Positions 21,310 to 30,939 of a DNA stretch of 64,000 nucleotides are shown here, in pieces. The notes under the pieces are model-generated. The model was not told the origin of the DNA. It did no database searches and saw only the letters and a program-made list of their open reading frames with translations. Both the position numbers and the translations under genes were made by a program. Position 1 is the stretch's first letter. Each line of letters starts with the position of its first letter. This DNA is from Thermoanaerobaculia bacterium (GTDB lineage Bacteria > Acidobacteriota > Thermoanaerobaculia > Gp7-AA8): the NCBI GenBank assembly GCA_035255945.1, contig DATEZA010000123.1, positions 11,627 through 75,626 of the forward strand, in the 5' to 3' direction.

Positions 21310-22018
21310 AGATCTCCATCGTCTTCCCGTCCTGCAGCAGCACGACATTCGTTCCCGCCGGCAGCGCGCGATCCGCTTTCCCGCGCACGTTGCCGACGCG
21401 CGTCAGCTTCTGCACGATCGCGTAATTCGTCAGCGTGCGTCCGCCGTTCTCGCCGCGCGCGACGTTCGTCGTCTGCGCGTCGCCGACCGTCAGCGCGATC
21501 AGCTCGAGCTCCCGCGGCGCGTTGATGTGCGCAACGTCCGCCTCGATCGACAGCGATGCATTCGCAGCGCGCTTCGACGCTTCTTCGATCGCGCCGAAGA
21601 GCCGCCGTTCATCCGAGCCGATGAATTCGCGTCGTCCATCGACGACGGCCTGCGGCGTGTACGCGCCGCTGATGCCGAGCGCGCGCACGTAATCCGACTG
21701 CCGTTGCGACCACTCGGCAGATGAAAACGGATCGCGCCAGCCGAGGTGATTCCAGTAGTCGACGTGAAAGGCGAGCGGGATCACGCGGCCGCGGAGCGAG
21801 GCGTCGCGCGCGATGCGCCCGAGGAGCTCGTCGGCGGGAGGACAGGAAGAACAACCCTGCGAGGTGAAGAGCTCGACCACCACCGGCGACGATCCGATGC
21901 GCGATGCGAGCGGTGCCGGTTGCGAGGTGACGTTCACAACGAATGCGATCGCGACGACTGCGACAGTGATCACAAGAACGCGGGACATGGCTGCGTTAGA
22001 ATCGCGAGAAATCTTCAC
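21263..22018 (-). CDS. DUF1223 domain protein
   Basis: VVVELFTSQGCSSCPPAD motif and length match DUF1223. True start may be the internal MSRVLVITVAV (21988). Confidence 0.75.
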   Translation of the reverse strand: MKISRDSNAAMSRVLVITVAVVAIAFVVNVTSQPAPLASRIGSSPVVVELFTSQGCSSCPPADELLGRIARDASLRGRVIPLAFHVDYWNHLGWRDPFSSAEWSQRQSDYVRALGISGAYTPQAVVDGRREFIGSDERRLFGAIEEASKRAANASLSIEADVAHINAPRELELIALTVGDAQTTNVARGENGGRTLTNYAIVQKLTRVGNVRGKADRALPAGTNVVLLQDGKTMEIWSAAVPAAVGGRLAR

Positions 22019-22030
22019 AGGAGTATCACG

Positions 22031-22957
22031 ATGCGTTTGATCACGCGGTCCGATTTCGACGGCCTCGTCTGTGCGGTTCTTTTAAAAGAAGTCATGGACA
22101 TCGATCCGATCGAGTTCGTCCATCCGAAAGATGTACAGGACGGCAAGATCGCGGTCGGCGCGAACGACATCCTGACCAATCTGCCGTACGTGCCGGGCGT
22201 CGGACTCTGGTTCGATCACCACTCGAGCGAAGCGGTGCGCAACGACATGGATGGCGTGTCGTACGCCGGCCGCTTCGAAGTCGCGCCGTCGGCCGCGCGC
22301 GTCGTCTACAACTATTACCAGGAGAAAGGCGACAGCGCGAAGTTCGGCAAATACGACGAGCTGCTCACGGTAGTGGACAAATCGGACTCCGCGAATCTCT
22401 CGCGCGAAGATGTGGTCAGCCCGAGCGGATGGATCCTGCTGTCGTACGTGATGGACCCGCGCACCGGACTGGCGTACTACCGCAATTACCGCATCAGCAA
22501 TCGCGACCTGATGATGAAGATGGTGGAGTGGATTCCGTCGAAATCGGTCGCCGAGATCCTCAACGAGCCGGACGTAAAAGAGCGCGTCGATCGCTACTTC
22601 GAAGGCGTCGAAGAGTTCCGGCGCATCAATCAGAAGCATTCGCGCGTCGACGGCAACGTGATCATCACCGACCTGCGCGACATCGGCGAGATGCCGACCG
22701 GCAATCGATTCCTGATCTACACGATGTTTCCCGAGCAGAACATCCAGGTGCGCATCTTCGACGGCAAGAGGGGCGAGTTCGTCGTCTGCGCCGTCGGTCA
22801 TTCGATCTTCAACCGCACGTCGAATACCGATGTCGGCAAGCTGATGGATCGCTACGGCGGCGGCGGCCATCGCGGCGCCGGCACGTGCCAGCTGCCGATC
22901 GAAGGCGCGGATTCGAAGATCCGCGAGATCATCGAGAAATGTAAGCGGGACGGTTGA
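22031..22957 (+). CDS. DHH-family phosphoesterase
   Basis: Start MRLITRSDFDGL (DHH motif I); WFDHHSSE (DHH motif III). The longer ORF from 21746 is antisense to the DUF1223 gene. Confidence 0.7.
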   Translation: MRLITRSDFDGLVCAVLLKEVMDIDPIEFVHPKDVQDGKIAVGANDILTNLPYVPGVGLWFDHHSSEAVRNDMDGVSYAGRFEVAPSAARVVYNYYQEKGDSAKFGKYDELLTVVDKSDSANLSREDVVSPSGWILLSYVMDPRTGLAYYRNYRISNRDLMMKMVEWIPSKSVAEILNEPDVKERVDRYFEGVEEFRRINQKHSRVDGNVIITDLRDIGEMPTGNRFLIYTMFPEQNIQVRIFDGKRGEFVVCAVGHSIFNRTSNTDVGKLMDRYGGGGHRGAGTCQLPIEGADSKIREIIEKCKRDG

Positions 22958-22958
22958 C

Positions 22959-23018
22959 GTCATCCCGAGCGTAGTCGAGGGCCCCCCGCGCAGGTCCCTC
23001 GACTACGCTCGGGATGAC
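22959..23018. repeat. perfect 23-nt-arm hairpin (GTCATCCCGAGCGTAGTCGAGGG)
   Basis: Arms at 22959-22981 and 22996-23018 are exact reverse complements with a 14-nt loop. Located immediately after the 22031-22957 stop. Confidence 0.8.
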
Positions 23019-23886
23019 GAGGCAACCGTGGGAACGTCCGGCCGACAAGATCGGCGCGTCCGCGATGGCCGCGCTCGAATCGCTTTCATCGAGTGAACTG
23101 ACCTCGCTCCTGCTCGAGCTCTTCACACGCCGCGCGCGCAAGCTCTCCGTGCACGACATCCGCCGCCGATTCGAGTCGGACGCGTTCGTCACGCCGTCGA
23201 CAGTCGATCAACTCGCGTTCATGAAGCTCGACGCGCACCTCCTCGGACAGATGCCGCCGCACTTCGAAGCTGTCGAGCTCTCGCCGCTCGCGCCGCACGG
23301 CACGGTGTCGACGCTCGGTCCCGTGCATCCGCACAACGTGATGGCGACGATCCGCGGACAGGAAGTGCTCGCCGATGCGACCGACGTGATGGCGCTGATG
23401 TGCGCACGTCTCCGCGACACGCGCGACGAAGTGCACCTCGTCACCTCGCAACGCCTCGTGCGCGCGCAACGCGTGCGCGAGACGTTCCACACGCAGCACT
23501 TCCGCATCCTCAGTCTGTGCAGCGCGGGACGCGGCGATGCGTTCGCGATGCGCAGCGTCGTCGAGCACATCCGCGTTCAGCTGCATCTTTTCTCCACACT
23601 GCCGCCGGAGTTCCGCCGCGCGCAGCTGCGGGTGACGCTCGCCGCGGAGAATTTCGACGAGCTGCGCGCGATGCTCGGCCCCGAGGTGGTGGTCGATCGC
23701 GATGAAGAGCGGCTGGTGAAAACGTCGTACTACCAGCGCGTCGCGTTCAAGGTTTGGGTCGATGAGTTGCCGTTGGGCGACGGCGGCTTCACCGACTGGA
23801 CGGCCAAGCTGCGGAACGACAAGCGCGAGCGACTGGTGACGAGTGCGATCGGCACGGAGATGCTGCTGAAGGGCTTCCGCGTTTGA
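23014..23886 (+). CDS. hypothetical protein
   Basis: 290-aa ORF with protein-like composition. The first ATG lies in the hairpin arm, so the start may be internal (MAALESL, 23065). No family recognised. Confidence 0.55.
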   Translation: MTRQPWERPADKIGASAMAALESLSSSELTSLLLELFTRRARKLSVHDIRRRFESDAFVTPSTVDQLAFMKLDAHLLGQMPPHFEAVELSPLAPHGTVSTLGPVHPHNVMATIRGQEVLADATDVMALMCARLRDTRDEVHLVTSQRLVRAQRVRETFHTQHFRILSLCSAGRGDAFAMRSVVEHIRVQLHLFSTLPPEFRRAQLRVTLAAENFDELRAMLGPEVVVDRDEERLVKTSYYQRVAFKVWVDELPLGDGGFTDWTAKLRNDKRERLVTSAIGTEMLLKGFRV

Positions 23887-23935
23887 CCGCAACTTCCGGA
23901 TAGCCGCACTTCGCGCGGCGACCGAAACTGGGTGC

Positions 23936-24400
23936 ATGCAAATCAACATCGCGCCTCTTCCCGCTGACTTTCTCCACCGCGTCCGCACCCTCGGCGTCGA
24001 CGATCAGGGACAGCCGGTCCGCCGCCTGATCGCGAAAGGCGGCGAGCCGTGCCGCGACGTGCTCCGTCGCGCGCAACCGGGCGAAGAGCTGATCCTCGCG
24101 TCGTTCTCGCCGTTCACGCAGAGCGGTCCGTACAAGGAGTTCGGACCGGTGTTCCTTCTGGCGAATGCGAGCGACGAGTCGACCGATCGCGACGCGTTCC
24201 CGACCACGCAGGGCTACCTCAGGGAGCGCTTCGTGCTGCGCGCGTATTCATCGGACGAGTCGATCCTCGACGCGGTGATGCTCACGCCGGAGGACTACGA
24301 CGCGACGCTGGCGAAGTACCTCGCATCGCCGGAAGTCGCGTTCGTGCACGCGCGCTTCCCGACGTACGGCTGCTTCGCGTGCCGCATCGATAGGACGTAG
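23936..24400 (+). CDS. DUF1203 domain protein
   Basis: GEPCRDVLRRAQPGEELILASFSPF...GPYKEFGPVFL resembles the DUF1203 core. Confidence 0.65.
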   Translation: MQINIAPLPADFLHRVRTLGVDDQGQPVRRLIAKGGEPCRDVLRRAQPGEELILASFSPFTQSGPYKEFGPVFLLANASDESTDRDAFPTTQGYLRERFVLRAYSSDESILDAVMLTPEDYDATLAKYLASPEVAFVHARFPTYGCFACRIDRT

Positions 24401-24483
24401 GTGTAGGACAAGCTCTCAGCTTGTCCCGGGACAACCTGAGAGGTTGTCCTACACCCGGGACAACCTGAGAGGTTGTCCTACAC
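24400..24483. repeat. GTAGGACAAGCT-type triple-hairpin repeat
   Basis: GGTGTAGGACAAGCTCTCAGCTTGTCC CG GGACAACCTGAGAGGTTGTCCTACACC CG GGACAACCTGAGAGGTTGTCCTACAC. Exactly fills the gap between two convergent stops. Confidence 0.85.
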
Positions 24484-25418
24484 TACGCTGCGCGCTGCTG
24501 CTCTTGCGCGACCGGCGCGGCGGGCTTCGACTCGCCGCGTGCGGTCTGCACGATCGCGACGCCGCCGAGAATCACCGCCATGGCCACGATTGACATCGAC
24601 GTCAGCTTCTCGTCGAGGATCAGCCATCCGAGAACGACGGCGACTGCCGGATTGACGTAGGCGTAGAGCGAGAGATTCGTCGCCTTCATGTGCGCGAGCG
24701 CGTAGATGAATGCGCTGTACGCGATCACCGAGCCGAAGAGCGTGAGGTACGCGGTCGCGGCGAACGTCTGCGTCGTGAAGACGTAGTTCTTGCCTTCGCC
24801 GATCGCGAGTCCCACCACCAGCACCAGCACGCCGCCGGCGAGCATCTGCACCGTCGCCGATTGCATCGGCGTGATGCCGTGCACGTTGTGCTTCCCGCGC
24901 ACCATGCCGTACTGCCAGCAGAACGAGCCGACCTGAATCGCGAATGCGCCGAGGAGGAACTTCGTCGAGTAATTGCCGGTCACCGCGCCCGGCGCGACGA
25001 GCAGCACGACGCCGAGAAATCCGACCAGCATGCCGGTGCCGCGGCGCAGTCCGATCTGTTCGCCGTTCTTGCGCACCGCTTCGAGGATCGCGGCCCAGAA
25101 CGGTGCGGTCGCGACGAGGAGCGCGGCCATGCCGCTCGGCACGTACTGTTCGGCCCAGATGACCGAGAGATTGCCGCCCGCGACGAGCAGCGTGCCGACG
25201 ATCGCCAGCTCGATCAGCGTGCGCCGGTCGCGCGGCAGTTTCTCGCCGCGAAGCTTCAGCACCGCGAGCATGATCAATCCGGCGATGGTGTAACGCGTGC
25301 CGGTGAGCATCATCGGCGGAACGGTGGTGACGGCGATGCGGATGGCGAGATACGTCGTGCCCCAAACGAGGCAGACGATGCCGAACGCCGCGTAGGCGAG
25401 CAGTTTTTCGTTCTTCAA
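24483..25418 (-). CDS. EamA/DMT-family transporter
   Basis: Ten-helix hydrophobic profile and WGTTYLAIR motif. TTG start at 25418 preceded by GGAGG and overlapping the asnC-type stop (TTGA). Confidence 0.8.
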   Translation of the reverse strand: MKNEKLLAYAAFGIVCLVWGTTYLAIRIAVTTVPPMMLTGTRYTIAGLIMLAVLKLRGEKLPRDRRTLIELAIVGTLLVAGGNLSVIWAEQYVPSGMAALLVATAPFWAAILEAVRKNGEQIGLRRGTGMLVGFLGVVLLVAPGAVTGNYSTKFLLGAFAIQVGSFCWQYGMVRGKHNVHGITPMQSATVQMLAGGVLVLVVGLAIGEGKNYVFTTQTFAATAYLTLFGSVIAYSAFIYALAHMKATNLSLYAYVNPAVAVVLGWLILDEKLTSMSIVAMAVILGGVAIVQTARGESKPAAPVAQEQQRAA

Positions 25419-25891
25419 AGTGCCTCCCCGAGAACGATGCCGCCGACTTTCTCGCAATGCGTCTGCATCACGATCGTGGTTCGCGTGCTGAGCGACAGCG
25501 GCGGCTCTTTCAGTCTGGCGACCAGCGTGTTGAGCGAAGGGATGGAATCGGTGCGGACCTTGAGCAGGTAGCAATCGTCGCCGGCGACGGTGTGCATCTC
25601 CAGCACTTCGTCCCCCTCGACGATGTCGCGGAACATCTTCAGCGCCTTTGGCGCGAGATGTACAGATCCGCGCGCAGCGACGAATGCGGTGATCTGCCGG
25701 CCCAGCGCCGTCGGATCGACGACGACGGTCGTGCCCCTGATGACGCCGAGGCGCTCGAGCTTTTCGATGCGGTCGGCGACGGCGGGACGGGAGAGGCCTA
25801 CCTGGTCCGCGATCTGGGACGCCGGAGAGCGCCCGTCGCGCAGAAGCAGGCCGACAATGCGAAGGTCGAGATCATCCAGATCGACAGCCAT
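25415..25891 (-). CDS. Lrp/AsnC-family transcriptional regulator
   Basis: LDDLDLRIVGLLLRDGRSPASQIADQVGLSRPAVADRIEKLE HTH followed by a RAM/ACT-like C-terminal domain. Confidence 0.88.
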   Translation of the reverse strand: MAVDLDDLDLRIVGLLLRDGRSPASQIADQVGLSRPAVADRIEKLERLGVIRGTTVVVDPTALGRQITAFVAARGSVHLAPKALKMFRDIVEGDEVLEMHTVAGDDCYLLKVRTDSIPSLNTLVARLKEPPLSLSTRTTIVMQTHCEKVGGIVLGEAL

Positions 25892-25953
25892 GGTGGGAGA
25901 GTAGCACCAAAACGTAGGCTGAAGTTGTGAACGACCTGCGAAAAGAAGGGTAA

Positions 25954-26012
25954 CTAGGTTGCTAGGTTGCTAGGTTGCTGGGGGGACTCAGCAACTCAGC
26001 AACTCAGCAACC
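25954..26012. repeat. inverted array of 8-mer tandem repeats (TAGGTTGC x3 / CTCAGCAA x3)
   Basis: CTAGGTTGCTAGGTTGCTAGGTTGCTGGGGGGACTCAGCAACTCAGCAACTCAGCAACC. Related element at 37617-37695. Confidence 0.8.
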
Positions 26013-26015
26013 AAT

Positions 26016-26351
26016 TCAAAAGATCCCACCCACCGCCAACATCCTCACCCTCACCGGCGCCGTGATCGGGTTATGCAGCCGCACCGGCCGCGGGTAGCGG
26101 TACTCGCTCCGCTGCGTCGCAGCCTGGGCGAGCTCGCGGGCGAGGTACTCCACTTTCACGTTGCGGGCGGGGTCGTTGACCAGCTTGCGGAGCGAGGAGC
26201 GGCGGAGCACGATCGAGCGAAGCTTCAGCGAACCGTCGCGGACGGCATACCGAATCGACTCCCGATCGTCGCTGCACACCCGCACCACACTCCCCTCCGG
26301 CAGCACTCGAACGATGTCGTCAGCGATTCGCGTTTCATCCGTGGCGTTCAT
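26016..26351 (-). CDS. hypothetical protein
   Basis: Start taken at MNATDETR (26351). 111 aa; no family recognised. Confidence 0.45.
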   Translation of the reverse strand: MNATDETRIADDIVRVLPEGSVVRVCSDDRESIRYAVRDGSLKLRSIVLRRSSLRKLVNDPARNVKVEYLARELAQAATQRSEYRYPRPVRLHNPITAPVRVRMLAVGGIF

Positions 26352-26425
26352 TGTGTCCTCCAAACGATCTGCTCTAATAGACGCGAATACTGCCTCGAAG
26401 TTTCTAAGCCGATGGCCAAGATCCT

Positions 26426-26707
26426 GTGAACACCTCGTCAAGAATCGTGACGTTCACGCCGCTCGGCCGCACCGCCTCGGCGAACCCCGACGAAACACTC
26501 CTCGACGTCGCCCGCCGCGCCGGCGCTCCGCTCGGCAACTCGTGCGGAGGCGTCGGCGTCTGCGCGCGCTGCCGCGTGCGAATCGTTGAAGGCGCGGTCA
26601 GTCCTCCGACCACGATGGAGATTCAGCGCGGCTTCACCGGCGACGAGCGCCTGGCGTGTCAGGCCATCGTTTTAGGGGATGTCGAGATCACGACCGGCTA
26701 TTGGTGA
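26426..26707 (+). CDS. 2Fe-2S ferredoxin-like protein
   Basis: GTG start. CGGVGVCARCRV...LACQ cysteine pattern of plant-type 2Fe-2S domains. Confidence 0.7.
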   Translation: MNTSSRIVTFTPLGRTASANPDETLLDVARRAGAPLGNSCGGVGVCARCRVRIVEGAVSPPTTMEIQRGFTGDERLACQAIVLGDVEITTGYW

Positions 26708-26758
26708 AACGTTTTCGTCCTTTTCGTCACTACCTCTCCGACGAAAGGAGAAACACCC

Positions 26759-27016
26759 ATGTCCCTACAGGTCAACGAGACTCTCGCAGTCACCAATCGG
26801 CTGGAGCTCTGGAAAGCGATTCATGGCGGCTGCTGGCCCGGACCGCCGATCGATCAGAAGCTGACCGAGGCTGCGCAGGAAGTCGTCGCGTCGCTGGCGC
26901 TGCTCCACATCGCGAAGTCGTTCCAGGACGACCGGACCGCGACGCAGATCACGCGCATCGCGACCGAGCGTTTCAACGCCGCAGCGGAAAAAGTCAACGC
27001 TGTCGTTCGCGGATGA
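26759..27016 (+). CDS. small hypothetical protein
   Basis: 85 aa; AAGGAGA Shine-Dalgarno 7 nt upstream of the ATG. 3' end overlaps queA by 23 nt. Confidence 0.55.
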   Translation: MSLQVNETLAVTNRLELWKAIHGGCWPGPPIDQKLTEAAQEVVASLALLHIAKSFQDDRTATQITRIATERFNAAAEKVNAVVRG

Positions 27017-28028
27017 ACATGCAGTCGCCGTAGCTGTAGAAGAAATACTGTTCCCGGATCGCTTCCGCATACGCGCTCCTGATTGTCTCGACGCCCGCGA
27101 ATGCCGACACCAGCATGATGAGCGTCGATTCCGGCAGGTGAAAATTGGTCAACAACTTGTCGACCGCGCGGAAATCGAATCCGGGTGTGATGAAAATCGA
27201 AGTCTCGGCCGGGCCGGCGACGAAACGACCGTTGCCGGCCCGGATCGCGCTCTCCAGCGTGCGCACGCTGGTCGTTCCGACCGCGACGATCGGCCGCTCT
27301 TCATCGAAGGCCTCATTCAATTTCGTCGCAGCCTCGGGCGAGATCGTGTAGCGCTCCGACTCCATCCGATGCTCGCTGATGTCGTCTGCCTTCACCGGCT
27401 TGAATGTGCCGAGGCCGACGTGCAGCGTGATGCGGACGATGTCGATGCCGCGCGCGGCGATGGCGTCGAGGATCTCCTGCGTGAAGTGCAGACCGGCGGT
27501 CGGTGCGGCGATCGCGCCGCGTTCGGCGGCGTAGACGGTCTGGTACGACTCCTTGTCCGATTCGCGCGGCGTCTCGCGTGCGATGTACGGCGGCAGCGGC
27601 GGCACGCCGACGCGCTCCAGTTCCTCGGGCGGTCCTTCGAAGCGGACGACGATCGAGCCGTCGTCGCGCTTCTCCATCACGTGCGCGATCAGCAGCGGCG
27701 AAAAACGCAGTTGATCGTTGATGCGAACGCGCTTCGCCGGCTTGCACCACGCTTCCCACATCTGATCGTCGAGTTGCCGCGTGAGCAGCAGCTCGATGCG
27801 ATTTTTCATCTGTCCCTTCGGCTCGGCGTAGAGCCGCGCGGGGATCACGCGCGTGTCGTTGATGACGAGCACGTCGCGCTCGCCGAGGCGGTTGGCGAAG
27901 TTGGCGAAGGAGTCGTGCTCGACCGGTGCGTCGGGGCTGACGACCATCATGCGCGAGCGTCCGCGCGGACGCGGCTCCTGCGCGATGAGAGCGCGCGGAA
28001 GGTCGTAGGCGAAGTCGGTGCGCTTCAT
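26994..28028 (-). CDS. queA: S-adenosylmethionine:tRNA ribosyltransferase-isomerase
   Basis: Start MKRTDFAYDLP. LPPYI, TAGLHFT, VGTTSVRTLES and NFHLPESTL motifs are canonical QueA. Confidence 0.93.
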   Translation of the reverse strand: MKRTDFAYDLPRALIAQEPRPRGRSRMMVVSPDAPVEHDSFANFANRLGERDVLVINDTRVIPARLYAEPKGQMKNRIELLLTRQLDDQMWEAWCKPAKRVRINDQLRFSPLLIAHVMEKRDDGSIVVRFEGPPEELERVGVPPLPPYIARETPRESDKESYQTVYAAERGAIAAPTAGLHFTQEILDAIAARGIDIVRITLHVGLGTFKPVKADDISEHRMESERYTISPEAATKLNEAFDEERPIVAVGTTSVRTLESAIRAGNGRFVAGPAETSIFITPGFDFRAVDKLLTNFHLPESTLIMLVSAFAGVETIRSAYAEAIREQYFFYSYGDCMFIRERQR

Positions 28029-28040
28029 TAGAATCGCGCG

Positions 28041-28511
28041 ATGATACGCGCCCGCATCATCACCTGCAGCGACGCCGCTTCGCGCGGCGAACGCGAGGAT
28101 CGTTCCGGTCCGGCGGTGCGCGAGCTCCTCCAATCGAACGGCTGCGAAGTCGACGCCATCATCGTCGTGCCGGATGACATCGACGCGATCGCCACTGCCA
28201 TCGAGAACGCGACCGGCGACGGCGCGCGGCTCGTCGTCACGACCGGCGGCACCGGCATCGCGGCGCGCGACGTGACGCCCGAGGCGACGGCGCGTGTGTG
28301 CGATCGCGAGGTGCCCGGATTCGGCGAGGTGATGCGGAGAACCGCGCATCCGATGGCTCCGCTGTCGCGCGCCGGCGCGGCGACACGTGGATCGGCACTC
28401 ATCGTGAACTTACCCGGCAGTGAGCGCGGCGCCGTCGAGAACCTGAAGGCCGTGCTCAATCTGATTCCGCACGCACTGCAGCTGCTCGCAGGCGATACAA
28501 AACACGCATGA
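28041..28511 (+). CDS. mogA: molybdenum cofactor biosynthesis protein (MogA/MoaB family)
   Basis: CSD...RGEREDRSGP...TTGGTGIAARDVTPEA...NLPGS pattern. Confidence 0.85.
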   Translation: MIRARIITCSDAASRGEREDRSGPAVRELLQSNGCEVDAIIVVPDDIDAIATAIENATGDGARLVVTTGGTGIAARDVTPEATARVCDREVPGFGEVMRRTAHPMAPLSRAGAATRGSALIVNLPGSERGAVENLKAVLNLIPHALQLLAGDTKHA

Positions 28512-29695
28512 CCGTACAGCCTGGCCTGGAAGTCCTTCTCGACGAGCCCGCTCCGATCCTCGGGCGCAAAATCGGACTCGTCACGCATCACAGCGCCGTC
28601 ACCTCCGACCTGCAGCATGCCGTGCGTCTGCTCAATGCAGGACGCGGCTGGCAGCTCACCGCGCTCTTCGGTCCCGAGCACGGCATCTGGGGCGAAGCGC
28701 AGGACATGGCGCACGTCGAGTCGTCGACCGATCCGGTCACCGGCCTGCCGGTCTACTCGCTCTACGGGCGCAGCGAAGCCGATCTCGTCCCGCGGCGCGA
28801 CGTGCTGAAGACGCTCGACGCGCTGGTCATCGATCTGCAGGACATCGGCTCGCGTTACTACACCTTCATCTACACGATGGCCATCTGCATGCGCGAGGCG
28901 GCATCCCTCGGCCTGAAAGTCATCGTGCTCGACCGGCCGAATCCGATCGACGGCTATCACCTCGAGGGCAACATCCGCGAAGAGAAGTACTCCAGCTTCG
29001 TCGGCATGTTCCCGCTGCCGACGCGCCACGGCATGACCGCAGGTGAACTAGCGCGCTATTTCAATGAAGTCTTTCATCTGCAGTGCGATCTGACCGTCGT
29101 GCCGATGCGCGGCTGGCGGCGCGGGATGTGGTGGGGCGACACGGGACTGCCGTGGGTGATCCCGTCGCCGAACATGCCGACGGTCTTCACCGCGGCCGTC
29201 TATCCCGGCATGTGCCTGATCGAGGGGACGAATCTGAGCGAAGGACGCGGCACGACGCATCCGTTCGAGTTCTTCGGCGCGCCGTGGCTGAATCCGTTCA
29301 AGCTCGCCGACCGCTTGAACGCGCTGGAGCTGCCCGGCATCCGCTTCCGTCCGCACTACTTCCTCCCGCAATTCCAGAAGCACGCGGGGAAGGTGTGCGG
29401 CGGCGTCGAGCTGCACGTGACGAATCGCGGCACGTTCGAGCCGTATCGCACGGGACTGTGGTGTGTGAAAGTCGCGCGCGATCTCGATCCGGAGCATTTC
29501 GACTGGCGCCGCGAGACGTACGAGTTCGTGTCGGACCGCCTGGCGATCGATCTGCTCGCGGGCAGCGCGCGCTATCGCGAGCTGGTCGAGAGCGGCGGCA
29601 ACATCGAGGAGTGGTTCATGGAGTGGGAGAGCCCGCTGCGCGAGTTCGCGCGGATACGCGAGCAGTTCTTGCTGTATCGAGCCGCGGACGCGTAG
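28508..29695 (+). CDS. DUF1343 protein (NamZ-like exo-beta-N-acetylmuramidase family)
   Basis: GPEHGIWGEAQD, VIDLQDIGSRYYTFIYTM, and PSPNMP motifs characteristic of DUF1343. Confidence 0.8.
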   Translation: MTVQPGLEVLLDEPAPILGRKIGLVTHHSAVTSDLQHAVRLLNAGRGWQLTALFGPEHGIWGEAQDMAHVESSTDPVTGLPVYSLYGRSEADLVPRRDVLKTLDALVIDLQDIGSRYYTFIYTMAICMREAASLGLKVIVLDRPNPIDGYHLEGNIREEKYSSFVGMFPLPTRHGMTAGELARYFNEVFHLQCDLTVVPMRGWRRGMWWGDTGLPWVIPSPNMPTVFTAAVYPGMCLIEGTNLSEGRGTTHPFEFFGAPWLNPFKLADRLNALELPGIRFRPHYFLPQFQKHAGKVCGGVELHVTNRGTFEPYRTGLWCVKVARDLDPEHFDWRRETYEFVSDRLAIDLLAGSARYRELVESGGNIEEWFMEWESPLREFARIREQFLLYRAADA

Positions 29696-29777
29696 CCGGA
29701 CAGCGGACGGACGATAATTGCGGGATGCGCAAGTTGGCTCTCGTCCGCTGTCCGCTATCCGTTGTCTGCTGTCCGGC

Positions 29778-30446
29778 GTGATCGAAATCCTCTACGAAGA
29801 TGACGCCCTCATCTTCGTCAACAAGCCTCCGAACCTGATCGTTCAGCGCGCCTATGACGCGGACGAGCCGGTGCTCCTCGAGCTCATCGCGAAGCAGCAC
29901 GGCCACGTCTTTCTCATGCAGCGGCTCGATCGCGGCACGAGCGGCGTGATGTTTTTCTCGAAGCGCGCGGACGTCAACGCGAAGCTCACCCGGCAGTTCG
30001 AGACGAAGCGGATTCGCAAGCGCTACCTCGCGCTGTGCGAAGGGGAGCTCGCGGAGCGGCAGACGATCGACGCACCGCTGGCGCGCGTCGGCGCGATCAA
30101 GTTCGCGGTGCGCGACGACGGCAAGCGCGCGGTCACGCACATCGAGCCGATCGAGGCGGCGAAAAACGGCTCGTTCGTCGGAATCATCCTGGAGACCGGA
30201 CGCACGCATCAGATCCGCGTGCACTGCGCGGCGATCGGACATCCGTTGGCAGGTGATTGGCTCTATGGAGAGAGAAATGCCGCGCGTCCGATGTTGCACG
30301 CGGCCGAGCTCGTGATGACTCATCCCGTTACAAATAAACCGCTTTCCGTCACTGCGCCGCTGCCCGAGGACTTCGTCGAAGAGGCGCGGCGGCGCGGCCT
30401 CGAAACAGGACGAACCGACCTCGATTCGCCACACCTAAGTCATTGA
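29778..30446 (+). CDS. RluA-family pseudouridine synthase
   Basis: GTG start at VIEILYEDD. HRLDRGTSG-type motif (MQRLDRGTSGVM) and GRTHQIRVH. Confidence 0.85.
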   Translation: MIEILYEDDALIFVNKPPNLIVQRAYDADEPVLLELIAKQHGHVFLMQRLDRGTSGVMFFSKRADVNAKLTRQFETKRIRKRYLALCEGELAERQTIDAPLARVGAIKFAVRDDGKRAVTHIEPIEAAKNGSFVGIILETGRTHQIRVHCAAIGHPLAGDWLYGERNAARPMLHAAELVMTHPVTNKPLSVTAPLPEDFVEEARRRGLETGRTDLDSPHLSH

Positions 30447-30488
30447 ATTTGTTAGAATAATCGCTCCACGACGGCAGTTACGACAGGC

Positions 30489-30938
30489 ATGAGGACGACC
30501 ATGAAACTCTGGACAAAAATGGCGATGGCGCTGTCGCTGATGCTCTTCCCCGTGATCGCATCGGCGCAGTTCAAGGACCTCGACACCGCGATGTCGAGCC
30601 TCTCCCGCGGCTTCGGCGGCGGTGACGCGTCGGCGATCGTCAGCGGCATCGGAGACGGAGATCAGGTCATGCTCCAGTTCCCCGGACTGGTGAACCAGAG
30701 CGGCTTCTTCGGCCGCGACCAGGCGACCTACCTGCTCGAGGGCCTTTTCAGCAAAGTGAAGCCCGCGTCGTTCGATCAGCGCAGCACGCGCAAGGTCAGC
30801 GCCGAAGGCCAGTACTACATCGTCGCGAGCTGGACGATCCAGAACAACGGCAAGCCCGAAGCGCGCGACCTCTACATCACGCTGAAGACGAAGGGCGATC
30901 ACTGGTCGGTCGTATCGGTGCGCTCCGCGAGCAAGTGA
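30489..30938 (+). CDS. secreted NTF2-like small protein (DUF4783-like)
   Basis: Signal peptide ending VIASAQ; 149 aa. The family call is tentative. Confidence 0.55.
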   Translation: MRTTMKLWTKMAMALSLMLFPVIASAQFKDLDTAMSSLSRGFGGGDASAIVSGIGDGDQVMLQFPGLVNQSGFFGRDQATYLLEGLFSKVKPASFDQRSTRKVSAEGQYYIVASWTIQNNGKPEARDLYITLKTKGDHWSVVSVRSASK

Positions 30939-30939
30939 T

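Noticed and set aside
29694-29780. Shared 17-mer TGTCTGCTGTCCGGCGT between 29763-29779 and 47053-47069, considered as another repeat family.
   Set aside because: A single 17-nt match within GC-biased 64 kb is close to chance expectation. The second site is ordinary signal-peptide coding sequence. The local CCGGACAGCGGACG/CGTCCGCTGTCCG inverted repeat at 29696-29755 may be real, but I see only this one copy.
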